64,000 nucleotides of DNA from the human T2T-CHM13v2.0 reference genome, Homo sapiens. Position 1 is the stretch's first letter. Each line of letters begins with the position of its first letter. Under the pieces are notes generated by a model. It saw only the letters and a program-made list of their open reading frames with translations. It had not been told where the DNA came from and did no database searches. The stretch is taken from assembly GCF_009914755.1 (NCBI RefSeq), contig NC_060932.1. One strand, given 5' to 3'. The position numbers were made by a program, and so were the translations under genes. This document shows, piece by piece, positions 39,970-52,897 of this stretch.

Positions 39970-41890
39970 GTTTCACCCCTTCTCCACTCTTTTCAAAATA
40001 CCCAACAGCCCCATCTGCCTTCTTCAGTTTCAGAGATTTTGTCTCTTAACTTCACTGAAAAATTGAGGTAAACAGAAGAAGTGTGCCAAAGATTCCCACG
40101 ACCACATCTACCCATGTAGAAGCATCTACACCTGTATACCTAATCTGAGATATCTGTGCTCTCATCCACAGTCAACATCAACACTTGCTTTTCAAATCCC
40201 ATCTCTCTTCCCTATTTGAGGGCACTGTTGCAGACATGTTTCCCACTTTGTCTTTTTTTAATCAAATATTTACTCTTCATTATACTCATCAACAAAACAT
40301 ACTTTCATCTTAACCAAAAAAAATGAAAAAGAAGAAAAATTTAAACATATTTGCCTTTACTTTCTTGCAAGCTTCACTACTCATTTGCCAACTTTTGCTG
40401 TAAAACTCCTTGGTTGAGATGCTCTCCCTAATTTCTCTCCTCCCATAATATTCTTCCTCTCTCATTGAGATATAACTCACATACCGTAAAATTCACCCTA
40501 TTCTCTATTAAAGCCACTTTAGTGAGGCATTTGTCCCACTAAATATTGCTACTAAATATTATAATTGGGATCTCTAATAACCCACTTGTTGCTAAATCTA
40601 GTAGTTAATGATCAATTTCCATCTAATTTGACTTATCAGAAGCATTTGACCTGCTAGCATTTATCACAACTGTCTTCCTTCTTTTTGATTCGCTTTCTTC
40701 ACTTTGCTTTCAGGGTTTTTGGTATTCCTATGACTTCGCTGGCTGCTTCTTCTCAGTCTTCTTTGCTGGATCCTCTTTTTTCAAACTTCCTAATGGGGCA
40801 CTCCAGGACTGAGTCCTTGGTCCTTGTCTCTTTATTTATACTTGCATTCTTCTTGTTCTCCTCCAGCCTTTTGGTTTTATATCTCGAGCGTAGACTTTAC
40901 TCCTAAACTCTTCATTCGCATATGTAGCTGCCAATTCCACATCTTTACATGGACAATGAAGAGATAGCTCACATTCAACGTGTTCATATTTGGTAAGAAA
41001 TGTGTCTATTTTTGGTAAGAAAAACCCCTAGTCTTTTTACCAAATATATTCCTCCTGCAGTTTTCCCACCTCAGCGAATGGTAACTCCATCTTTTCAGTT
41101 GTTCAGATCAGTTTGGTCAAAAACTTGACATCTTTGACTACTCCATTTTTCTTGTATTTCACATGTAGCCAATCTTAACCTTGGATCCATTTCTGTATAC
41201 AGGATGTGACTATATCTCACAACCTCTCTTACTACTACCTTGGTAGTACAATACAATAACTTCTTTCCTGGATTACTGCAATAGCTCCCAACAGGTCCCC
41301 CTGACCCTACTCTTGTTCCCCTACAACCCAATCTTAGCACAGCAGCCAGAGTGACAATTTAAATGTAAGTTGGATTTTGTCATTCCTTTTCAAAACACTG
41401 CAGTGACTCTCCATTTAACTTAGAGTAAAAGCCAAAATATTACACAAAGGGAAGCTCGCAAATGTTCTGTATGAACTGGCTCCTCCTCACTTGCGGTTTC
41501 CTCTTCTACTATCCTCCTGTTTGTTCAGTCCACTCTGGCTCCATGGATCCTTGTGGTTTCTGCCTATGTGTGATTCTGCTTAGACCCTTTGATCTGGTTG
41601 TCCTGTTTGCCTAGAATACATTTCCCCAGATATCTGTTTGGCCAACTGCCTCCTATCTTCCACATCTTTGTTCATCACCATCTCAATGAGGCTGATTTTA
41701 CACCACCTGGCACTTCATTTTTAAATTTTTTTGGCACAGCACTTTTGACTCCTGGAATGCTGTAAAATCTATTTATTATTTACATACTTCTACTGGCTAG
41801 AGTATAAATTCCTTGAGGTCACACATTTTTATTTGTTCATTAATGCATCCCAAGCACTTAACAACCTGTCAATAAATATTAATGAATATA
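39970..41890 (+). mobile_element. L2a, ~1.9 kb
   Basis: 'ttgctaaatctagtagttaa', 'ggctgcttcttctcagtctt', 'cctggattactgcaatagctccc', 'cacagcagccagagtga', 'ttagagtaaaagccaaa', and tail 'tcaataaatattaatgaat'. Confidence 0.85.
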
Positions 41891-41896
41891 CGCAGT

Positions 41897-42160
41897 TGTT
41901 AGGAGTGTGGGCTCTGGAGTCAAACAGCTTGGGTTCAAATTTCATCACTGCCTTTAGTAGCTGAGTAACACTGCAAGGTACTTGGAATTTTGTGATATCA
42001 TTACTTATCTGGAAAAAACAGGTAGTTAATAAGGTTATCTACCTCATGGAGTCAATGTTTAAGACTAACTAATTAATCTTTGATTAACTAAAATAACATG
42101 CAAATTAAAAAAATTTATACTGCACATATAGCAAACTCTCTAAAATTTTTAGCTATTACT
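41897..42160 (+). mobile_element. MIR
   Basis: 'gttaggagtgtgggctctggagtcaaacagcttgggttcaaat...tctacctcatgg...ttagctattact'. Confidence 0.8.
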
Positions 42161-42167
42161 TATTCTC

Positions 42168-42330
42168 TGCAACAATCTTATGAGATAAGTACTATTGTTA
42201 TCCATATTTTCCAAGTAAGATAAATTGAAATGTAGAGAGCTAAGCAATTTGATAAGAGACACACACCGTAAATGGCAGAGCTGGGATACAAATTCAGTTC
42301 CATTTGACAACAAATTTAATGTTCAGTCTC
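42168..42330 (-). mobile_element. MIR
   Basis: 'caacaatcttatgagataagtactattgttatcc...gtaaatggcagagctgggatacaaattcag'. Confidence 0.75.
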
Positions 42331-43129
42331 TCCTTATAGCTTACGATGCCTTTGCAAATGGAATATAATTTTCCTATTACATCTCCTAACTGTTGGTATA
42401 TAAGAAACTATTGATTTTTATGTATTTATCTTGTACAACCTATCATATGAGCTTTGTCCTTCTAATATTTAATTTAAACATTGTGTCAAATACTTATTTC
42501 AAAACTTATTTTAGGTTTTAGTATATTGTGGAAAAATTTCAGAAAATATTAATAACAGATGTAGTAGTACATCCCTGGTTGATTCAAGTAGTTTATTCTA
42601 TCTATGGAAAAGCTTCTAATGCTTAATCTTTATTGCTGTGTTCACTGTGGACTTACAGGATGTGTTCTCTAACTTCTTATTCTTAAGAGGTATCTTCTTA
42701 TTCTTAAAGTTTTGTATTTTTTATATCAAGAATGGTAGAATTTATCAACCACCTCCACATATTATTTTACAAAACCTTGGAAGGGTAAATGAAATAATAG
42801 TTGTGAATACCTATTCAATCTTAGGAAGAAAAGTCACTTATGAATTGCAGGTACCATACAAACAATAAGGATTGGAGGTATATCTGTTGCTATAATGTTG
42901 GGATATTTTGACAGAAACTTCACTTTAAACATATAGGGTAATGTATCAATCCTTTTTCCATGTGAAACCAAAGCTTCAGGCACCTGATAGAAAGGGCAGT
43001 GGCTCCTGTGGCTCCTAGAATCACACTATGTTCTGTCTTCCACTCTATTTCAAACCCTTTCTTTCTGCCATGACATCTCTTTTTCTCTTCTGGGGAAATT
43101 GACTATTATTTCCAAGTTTCTGCTGCCAT

Positions 43130-43385
43130 ATTTTTTAAGAAGGTAGTAATGCCCACCCACTGATATCAGGTGTGGTGACAGTGACTTGCACTGGCCAATA
43201 AAATGTGAACAGATGGCACATGTCATGTCTGAGCAGGATATTTAAAAGCCATTGTTTTATCATTATTCCTTTTCTCTCCATTACAAAAGCGTCATGGCCC
43301 ATATGGGATCTTCTTTTTCAGTCTCAGTCTAAAAATAAATACAAGCAGCAGAACTACCTCCAATTGGTGGTGGACACTATCTTTC
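43130..43385 (+). mobile_element. Old MaLR LTR fragment (MLT1H/I/J-like)
   Basis: 'gtgacttgcactggccaataaaatgtgaacaga...catgtc'. Confidence 0.6.
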
Positions 43386-43599
43386 CTTAGGAAAGGGATT
43401 AAGTGTAACCTTGGATCCATTTCTATGTACAGGATGTGACTATATCTCACAACCTCTCTTACTAATACCTTGGTAGTACAATACAATAACTTATTTCCTG
43501 GATTACTGCAGGATTACTGTTAAGTGTATTATGGGAGTAAAGGAAGGGAAGCAAATAATTGTGACCAAGAGAGGAGCTTAGGAAATCACATTATTTTTC

Positions 43600-43911
43600 T
43601 TGAGCACTCTCTCTTGCATCCTTTAGGAGGATAATATATCCCTAACGCATTGCACCATGACCCACTTGGTCAATAAAATGTCAGTAGAAAGGGTGCATGC
43701 CACATCTAAGGAAAGCTTTGTCTTCCTGCCACAATCAGATCAGCTTTGCCTAGGTAGGGGCTGTTCCTTCAGCTCTATTTCCAGACTGAAGACAAATAAC
43801 AACAGAAATGCATCGAAAACATAACGAGGAATGCATGAGATAAAGCTTACTTGTTCTAAGCCACTGATATGTTTGCAGTTCTTTGTTAATATTGTGAAAG
43901 CTGACTGATAC
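43600..43911 (+). mobile_element. Old MaLR LTR fragment (MLT1I/J-like)
   Basis: 'ttggtcaataaaatgtcagtagaa...gcatgagataaag...ttgttctaagccactgata...ctgactgataca'. Confidence 0.65.
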
Positions 43912-44479
43912 ACCTTCTCCTTCTTCAAACCCGGTTTCTATTTCTCTACCAACTAGGGTGACCAAAGTTTCGGAGAGCCAACCTGGGATATAGCCAGACC
44001 AAACAATATATTTTATGACCTTATCACAAATTTATGCAGAACAGGTATTAAAATAAAATTTATAGTATTCCATATTATTTACTTTTCTGTTACATAATTA
44101 TGACAATAATAAATAGTTAATAGTAGAACTAATTAATGTATATGAAAAAACATAGCAGTATTTAATAATATTTCTTTTTGTTCTATAGTATAACAGTTTA
44201 TTTTTAAATTCTTACAAAGCTCTTAGTTGGGTACATAAATTGGAAGGCTATTTATGTTATTTTCTAAAGCCTATAAATATAAGATATTTTAAAAGAACAA
44301 ACTCATTAATATGACTAATTAAAAAATGTTACCTATATTTGATTTTAAAATGACATATTTTTGTGCCATACATATTTTTATTTTTTTCTGTTTACTTTCC
44401 TAATAATTCTTATTTGAATTCCCTGAAGCTTTTAGAATATTGTTCTTTTATGTAGTGGTAAAACTTAATGTAGTTAAGT

Positions 44480-46000
44480 GTTGTACAATTCACTTTGACT
44501 TGCAGATCTGTTTTTATTAAGCCCACCTTGCACTCATTCCTAATGTCAGTTCAATGTGAACTGAACATCAAGTCAAATATCTTTTAAACAAAAATATCTG
44601 AGTATGGAATACTTGAGATTTTACTTACTGCAAACAGCAGATTTTTAAACTTGCAGAAATTAGCTTACACCTCTGAAAACTGAATTTACTTTTTATTGAC
44701 AGACTTATTTTGGTAGGCACCTATTTGTCAATCAAACCCTTTGCATCTTCAAATTTACTATATAGTGTATCTATGTCTACAATGTCATCATTTTAAATCA
44801 TATTGGATGTCATCATAAGTTACACCTTTCTTTGTCAGAGAATATGGTTTTAAACACAGAGGTCATTTGAACTTCTGAAGTCAAAGTTGAATTCCAAATA
44901 AGTTAGAGTTTTAGCAAAGAAATTGAGAAAGTCCTGTTTAACTTGGCTGCCCTTTTCTAGCGACATTTCTTAAGTTCTGAGACAATCTTATTTTCAACCA
45001 AAAGAGTCATTTCATTCCAGTAAAAGTTTTTGTCTCAACCTACACTTAACATTGAACAACTCCAAGACAATCAGTTCATCTTTCTCCTTGTGTCCCATCA
45101 AGGATTACCAAATAAAAACCTAGGTCTGGCACAGTGGTGCACATCTGAAGTCCCAGCTACTTGGGAGGTGAGGTGAAGGCTCCCTTTTGCCCAAGAGTTT
45201 AAGTCCAGTCTAGACAACATACCAAGATTCTGCCTCTAAAATAGGGGGAAAATTACTAAATAGCTTTGGGAAAACAATACAAAAATGTTTGTTTTACTAC
45301 AGTTCTTTTCTTTATTCTCATCCTCAATGTATTCCCATATTAGAGATAGTCATTTTTTTTGCTGCACTGCTTGAAAATATGATTTTATGGAGGGACAACA
45401 TTTTAATATCTTTTTCATGGCCTGCAACGATCACAGCCATCTTGCAGGATTGTGCCTACGTGGCTGTAGCCTTCCATTTCTGTAAAGCAAAATGTCAGTA
45501 AGTGCTTCTACACATTTTGAAGAAACTGCAAGTGACCCAAACTTCAGTATAAAAGCACTATATTTCAGCTCAACAGATCACAACTCCTTGTAACGTTATC
45601 GTGTATAAAATGTGCAGGATATTAGCAGTTAAGATAATTTTCTGTCTTGCATAAGAAATCACAGACTGAATGGAATTTGCCAAAATGGAATTTGCCACAA
45701 TTTACATTTGCACTGTCTACTGAATATGCAGATAGATGACCTGCATAGAGGCTGTAAAGGACTAACACATATGTTATCAAAATTTCCACTTTTGTTTGTC
45801 CACATTTTAGTTGCAATATTTGAATCAGGAACTACAAGTTTGCTCAGTTTCATAGAATAATCAAGAGAGCGATGGGGCAGTGTATGTGCACATTCCCTGG
45901 CAGGTCCAAATTCATTGATGCCTAATATTTTCAAGAGGAGCATTGGTGATATTTAAAAAAAAAAAAAAAAGAAAAAAGTATTGATTTAGCAGTACTTTCC
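44480..46000 (-). pseudogene. Inactivated hAT transposase
   Basis: Minus-strand peptides in order: AYSVDSANVNCGK..SV (catalytic-D region), PAHFIH (CxxH-like), RHNPARWL (RW motif), FKNLLFAVSKISSIPYSDIFV*KIFDLM...TDIRN..KVGLIKTDLQVKVN (hATC dimerisation domain). Stops and frameshifts throughout. Confidence 0.8.
45123..45244 (+). mobile_element. FLAM monomer inserted in the transposase
   Basis: 'ggtctggcacagtggtgcacatctgaagtcccagctacttgggagg...agtttaagtccagtctagacaacat'. Confidence 0.8.
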
Positions 46001-47258
46001 TACCTTACACCGAATTTGTAAGATTCCATGTCCATATGGACTGATACATCTCTTTCTTCATTGTGCTCAATCCCAAATTATTTTTGACATATTGTATAGA
46101 ATGCTCTGTTTTGGTTATTTTCTTTCCTAATCATATCACCTGTCATTGAATCAACACAGCTATTTAGCCTTCTTTTTGTGGTGATGTCTAGCATTGATAT
46201 TGTCACCATTCTCATTTTTACTACCCAAATTCTTAGAAAACGTGGTCACCATATTTAGAATGTTCAAAATTAAACGGCATCATCTTGATAAAAAAAAGAA
46301 CACTTTATTCAGAGATTGTTAATGCTCATGATTACAATGTGCTTAAGTTGCACATTTAGGTCACATTTAAGTTACTTGGGGTGATGGAACAATGGCTGAG
46401 CTACTGTGCTTAAACCACAAAACACAGTTGCCAACATCAGCAGTCAGCAGACAAATCCGTGACAGCAACTCCAGCAGGTAAGCCATCTATGTCTTAGTCA
46501 TTTAATACTAAAAACAGTGTTCCTTTCAGACCTACTATGTTTTGGAATATTTAGTGGGGTTTTCTGTTTATCCCTGAAACTTTTGCACTGATGACTGAAT
46601 TCCAGGACTTTTGCATTCCAGAGAAGAGTTCCCTGGGATGCTGAACCGTCAGTGCTGAAACCAGGGTAGTTCTAGACAAGCCTGGAAGGTTGGCCACAAT
46701 AAGACCATCCCTCTCAGTGTGTTGTCTCATGTGGCTGTTTGCCAAGACACACTTGGGACACCTGTGGCTTCTATTATCTTCTATTGTCACCTTTGGCTTC
46801 ATCTTCTAGAGCTCTAATGTTAGTCACCAGGACCCCTGGACTCCAAAGTCTAAAGAGGTTCTCTTTTCAGAGGAACATATTACAACACTTATCTTTTATT
46901 ATTATTATTATTTCAATAGATTTTTGGGGAAGAGCTGGTGTTTGGTTACATGAATAAGTTCTTTAGTAGTGCTTTCTGATATTTTGGTGCACCCATCATC
47001 CATACCCAATGTGTAGTCTTTTATCACTCGCCCCACTCTCATCCTTTTCCCGGAGTCTCCAAAGTACATTGTATGATTCTTATGCCTTTGTGTCCTCATA
47101 GCTTAGCTCCCACTTATGAGTGAGAACATTCAGTGTTTGATTTTCCATTCCTAAGTCACTTCATTTAGAATAATGGTCTCCAATTCCATCCAGGTTGCTG
47201 TAAATGCCATTATTTTGTTCCTTTTTATGGCTGAGTAGTACTTCATGGGATACTACTC

Positions 47259-47290
<32 letters not shown>

Positions 47291-47355
47291 ATATATGTAT
47301 ATATATATAAATAAGTGTATATATATAAATAAGTATATATATAAATATATATATA
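47259..47355. repeat. (TA)n-rich microsatellite inside L1PB
   Basis: Direct inspection. Confidence 0.95.
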
Positions 47356-49508
47356 ACATTTTCTTTACTCACTCATTGACTGATGGACATTTGGGCTAGT
47401 TTCATATTTTTGGAATTGCTAATTGTGCTGCTATAAACATGTGTCTGCAAGTTTTTTTTATATATATAATGATTTCCTTCCATCTGGGTAGATACCTAGA
47501 AGCGAGATTGCTGGATCAAATGGTAAATATACTTTTATTTTTTTAAAGAATCTCCACACTGTTTTCCACAGTGGTTGTGTTAATTTACATTGCCACTAGC
47601 AGTGTAAAAGTGTTCCCTTTTCACCACATCCCTGCCAACGTCTATTTATTTTTTTAATTTTTTGATTATGGCTATTCTTGCAGAAGTAAGGTGGTATGCA
47701 TTGTGGTTTTGATTTGCATTTTCCTGATCATTAGTGATGTTGAGCATTGTTTCATATGTTTCTCAGCCATTTGTATATCTTCTTTTGAGAATTGTCTATT
47801 CATGACCTTAGCCCAATTTTCAATCGATTGTTTTTTTCTTGCTGATTTGTCTGACTTCCTTGTATATTCTGGATATTAGGCCTTTGTTGGATATACAAAT
47901 TGTGAAGATTTTCTCCCACTCTGTGGCTTGTTTATTTATCCTGCTGAGTATTTCTTTTGCTTTGCAGAAGCTGCTTAGTTTAATTAAGTCTCATCTATTT
48001 ATCTTTGTTTTTGTTGCATTTGCTTTTAGGCTCTTAATCATGAAGTCTTTGCCTAAGTCAATGTCTAGAAGGGTTTTTCTGATGTTATCTTCTAGAATTT
48101 CTGTGGTTTCAGTTCTTAGATTTAATTTTTTGATCCATCTTGGGTTGATTTTTGTATAAAGTGAGAGATGAGGATCCAGTTTCATTCTCCTACATATGGT
48201 TTGCCAATTATGCCAGCACCTTTTGAGGAATAGGATGTCTTTTCCCCACTTTATGTTTTTGTCTACTTTGTCGAAGATCAGTTGGCCTTAAGTATTCGGG
48301 TTTATTTCTGTGTTCTCTATTCTGTTCCATTAGCCTATATGCCTAATTTTATACCAGTACCATGCTGTTTATAGTTTGAAATTGGGTAATGTGATGCCTC
48401 CAGATTTGCTCTTTTTGCTTAGTCTTGCTTTGGCTATGTGGGCTCATTTTTGGTTTCGTATGAATTTTAGAATTGCTTTTTCTAGTTCTGTGAGAAATGA
48501 TGGTGGTTTTTTTATTGGAATTGCATTGAATTTTAGATTGCTTTTGGCAGTACGATCATTTTTACAGTATGGATTCTACCCATCCATCAGCATGGGATGT
48601 GTTTCCATTTGTTTGTATTGTCTATGATTTCTTTTGGCAGCGTTTTGTAGTTTTCTTTGTAGAGGTCTTCACCTTCTTGGTTAGGCATATTCCTAAGAAT
48701 TTAATTTAATTTAATTTAATTTTTTATAGCTATTGTAAAAGTGGTTGTGTTCTTGATTTGATTAGTTGCTTGGTTGCTGTTGGTGCATAGCAGAGCTACT
48801 AATTTTTGTATATTAATTTTGTATCCTGACACTTTGCTGAATTCATTTACCAGTTCTTGGAGATTTTTGGAGGAGTCTGTAGGGTTTTCTAGGTATACAA
48901 TCATATCATTAGCAAACAGTGACAGTTTGACTTCCTCTTTACTGATTTAGATGCCCTTTATTTCTTTCGCTTGTCTGATTGCTCTGGCTAGGATGTCCAG
49001 TATTATGTTGAGAAGAAGTGGTGAAAGTGGGCATCCTTGTCTTGTTCCAGTTGTCACTGAGAATGCTTTCAATTATTCCCTATTCAGTATAATGTTGATT
49101 GTAGGTTACCTTAAGTTACATCTCTTCTATGCTGATTTTGCTGAGGGTTTTAATCATAAAGGGAAGCTGAATTTTGTCAAATGCTTTTACATTTGACATT
49201 GAGGTGATCATGTGATTTTTGTTTTTAATTCTGTTTATGTGGTATATCACATTTATTGGCTTGCATATGCTGAACTAACCCTGCATCCCTGGTATGAAAC
49301 CCACTTGATTGTGGTGGATTATCTTTCTGATATGCTGTTGGTTTCGGTTAGCTAGTATTATGTTGAGAATTTTTGCATCTGTGTTCATTAGGGATATTGG
49401 TCTGTAGCTTTCGTTTTTTGTTATGTCCTTTCCTGGTTTGGTATTAGGGTGATACTGGCTTAATAGAATGATTAGGGAGGATTCCCTCTTTCTCTATCTT
49501 TTGTCCAT

Positions 49509-49800
<292 letters not shown>

Positions 49801-50829
49801 AAGTCCATTGTTTCTATGTTGACTTTCTGTCTTGATGACCTGTCTAGTGTTGTCAGTGGAGTATTGAATTCCCCCACTATTATGTGTTGCTGTCTATCTT
49901 ATTTCTTAGGTCTAGTAGTAATTGTTCTATAAATTTGGGAGCTCCAGTATTAGGTGCATATATATATATATGACTGTGATATTTTCCTGTTGGAATAGTA
50001 CTGTTATCACTATATAATGTCCCTCTTTGTCTTTTTTAACTGCTGTTGCTTTAGAGTTTGTTTTCTACTCCTGCTCACTTTTGATTTCCATTTCAATGGA
50101 ATATCTTTTTCCAACCTTTTACGTTAAGTTCACATGAGTCCTTATGTGTCAGGTGAATCTCTTGAAGACAGTAGATACTTGGTTGGTGAACTCTTATCCA
50201 TTCTGCCATTCTGTATCTTTTAAATGGACCATTTAGGCCATTTGCATTCAATGTTAGTATTGAGATGTGAGGCATTATTCTATTCATCATGCTATTTGTT
50301 GCCTGAATACCTATTTTTCCCACTGTGTTATTGTTTTATAGGTCCTGTGAGATTTATGCTTTAAGATGTTTTAATTTTGGTTTATTTTGAAAATTTATTT
50401 CAAGATTTAGACCTCCTTTTAGCAGTTCTTATAATGCTGGTTTAGTAGTGGCAAATTCTTTCAGCATTTATTTGTCTGATAAAAGACTGTATCTTTCTTT
50501 CACTTATGAAGCTTGGTTTTGCTGAATACAAAATACCTGGCTGATAATTGTTTTGTTTATGTAATCTAAAGATAGGACTCCAATCCCTTCTAGCTTGTAG
50601 GGTTTCTGCTGAGAAAACTGCTGTTAATCAGATAGGTTTTCCTTTATAGGTTACCCAATGCTTTTGCCTCACAGCTGTTAAGATTCCTTCATCTTGACTT
50701 TGGATAATCTGATGACTATGCGCCTAGGTGATAATCATTTGTGATGAATCTCCCAAGTGTTCTTTGAGATTCTTATGTTTGGATGTCTAGATCTCTAGCA
50801 AGGCCAGGGAAGTTTTCCTCGATTATTCA

Positions 50830-51635
50830 CTTTGAAGGAGGTAGATTGCTGCTGCAGGCTCCCTGGGACAGCCCAGGAGCCATGAGTCAGCTTGCTTTAT
50901 CAGGGAAGGCTTGTAGCCTGGGACAAGTTCTCAACCCTGCTCACTGGTTGCCTGGAAATAAACTCAGTGCTGTTGGAGGGGACATGGTGAGAGTGAGACC
51001 AGCCTTTTGGGCATTGGACTGCATGAGGGTTGGAGGAGGCCTGTGGTTGCTGGCTTTCCCCCACTTCCCTGGCAACCTGTGTGATGCACAAAAGGCAGCC
51101 ATAATCCCCTGGGAACATAACACCATTGGACTGGGAGCCATGTCTCCATCCCCATAGCAGCTGCAGCAAGCCCTGCCCAAGGAGAGTCTGAGCTCAGACA
51201 CACCTATCACACACCCCAGCCTGGTGGTCTTTCTCTATGCAACCTGGTAGCCAAAGACAAAGGACACAATCTCTTGGAAGCTCTATGGCCCTGCCTACTG
51301 CCTGAGAAACCTGAATACTTATCCAAAGGTGACCCTAGGGCAAGCTTGTATCCTCCCTATTATACCACAGCTAACGCACTCTTGAAAGTGCCACCTCCTG
51401 GTGGGAGGCCAACCAACACAAAACCAGCAGACAACAAAAATACAACCAAGGACCCTTACAGAATCTACTTCACTCCCTTGCTACCTCCACTGGAGTAGGT
51501 GCTGGTATCCATGGCTGAGAGACTTAAAAATGGATCACATCACAGGATTCTTTGCAGACACTCCCCAGTACCATGCTGGAGCCCAGTAGCTCCACTGGGT
51601 GGCTAGATCTAGAAGAGAAATAACAATCACTGCAG
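50830..51635 (+). mobile_element. L1PB 5' UTR segment, inverted relative to 46892-50829
   Basis: L1PB-type 5' UTR: 'gcctggaaataaactcagtgctgttgg', 'gaccctagggcaagcttgtatcctccc', 'aacaatcactgcag'. Directly abuts the minus-strand ORF1. Confidence 0.75.
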
Positions 51636-52897
51636 GTAGAAGGATTCAATATGGCTGAATAGGAACAGCTCCAGTCTGCAGCTCCCAGCAAGATCGACGC
51701 AGAAGGCAGGTGATTTCTGCATTTCCAAATGAAGTACCTGGTTCATCTCACTGGGACTGGTTGGACAGTGGGGGTAGCCCACAGAGGGCAAGCTGAAGCA
51801 GCGTGGGTCGTCACCTTACCTGGGAAGTGTAAGGGGACAGGGAATTTTCTCCCCTATCCAAGGGAAGCTGTGAGGGTCTGAGCCTGAGGAACATCGGCAC
51901 AGATATTGCACTTGTCCCACGGTCTTTTCAACCCTCAAACCAGGAGATTCCCTCCAGTGCCTACCCTACCCAGGCCCTGGGTTTCAAGCACAAAACTGGG
52001 CGGCCAGTTGGGCAGACATCAAACTAGCTGCAGGAGTTTTTTTTGTTTTTTTTCTTTTTTCCATACCCCAGTGGCTCCTGAAACGCCAGTGAGATAGAAT
52101 TCTGCACTCCCCTGGAAAGAAAGGATGATGCTAGGGAGCCAAGTGGTCTGGCTCAGCAGGTCCCACCCCCATGGAGCCCAGGAAACTAAAATCCACTGGC
52201 TTGAAATTCTTGCTGCCAGCACAGCAGCAATCTTGAGTTCCACCTGGGATGTTCCAGTTTTGTGGGGGAGGGGTGTCAGCCATTGCTGAGGCTTGAGTAG
52301 GAGGTTTTATGTCACAGTGTAAACAAAGCTGCTGGGAAGTTCCAACTGGGCAGAGCCCACTGCAGCTCAGCAAGGCTGCTGTGGTCAGACTGCCAGATTC
52401 TCCTCTCTGGCCAGGGCATCTCTGTAAAAAAAGGCAGCAACCCTAGTTAGGGGCTCATAGCAGACTTAAACATCCCTGCCTGACAACTCTGAAGAGAGCA
52501 GTGGACCGCCTAGCACAGGGTTCAAGCTCTGCTAAGGGTCAGACTGCCTCCTCAAGTGGGTCCCTGAGCCCCGTGTATACTGACTGGGAGACACCTCCCA
52601 GTAGAGGCTGACAGACACTTCATACAGGAGAGCTCTGGCTGGCATCTGTCAGATGCCCCTCTGGGTTGAAGCTTCCAGAGGAAAGAACAAGCAGCAATAT
52701 TTTCTGCTTTGCAACCTCTGCTGGTGATACCCAGGAAAACAGGGTCGGGAGTGGACCTCCAGCAAACTCCAGCAGACTGGCAGCATACAGGCCTGACTGT
52801 TAGAAGGAAAAGAAACAGAAAGGATTAGCATGTCCACTCAAAGACCCCATCAGAAGGTCACCAACATCAAAGACCAAAGGCAGATAAATCTACAAAG

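Larger units (their letters stand above)
43954..46701 (-). mobile_element. Near-full-length hAT-Blackjack DNA transposon fossil
   Basis: Left TIR tagggtgaccaa and right end 'cagtgctgaaaccagggtagttctagacaagcctggaaggttggccacaata' (MER81/MER94-type end). Degenerate 8-bp TSD ctaccaac / agaccatc. Transposase motifs inside. Confidence 0.8.

Noticed and set aside
44480-46000. Domesticated transposase gene (ZBED-like)
   Set aside because: Multiple in-frame stops, including at the conserved E-R position, plus frameshifts and a SINE insertion.
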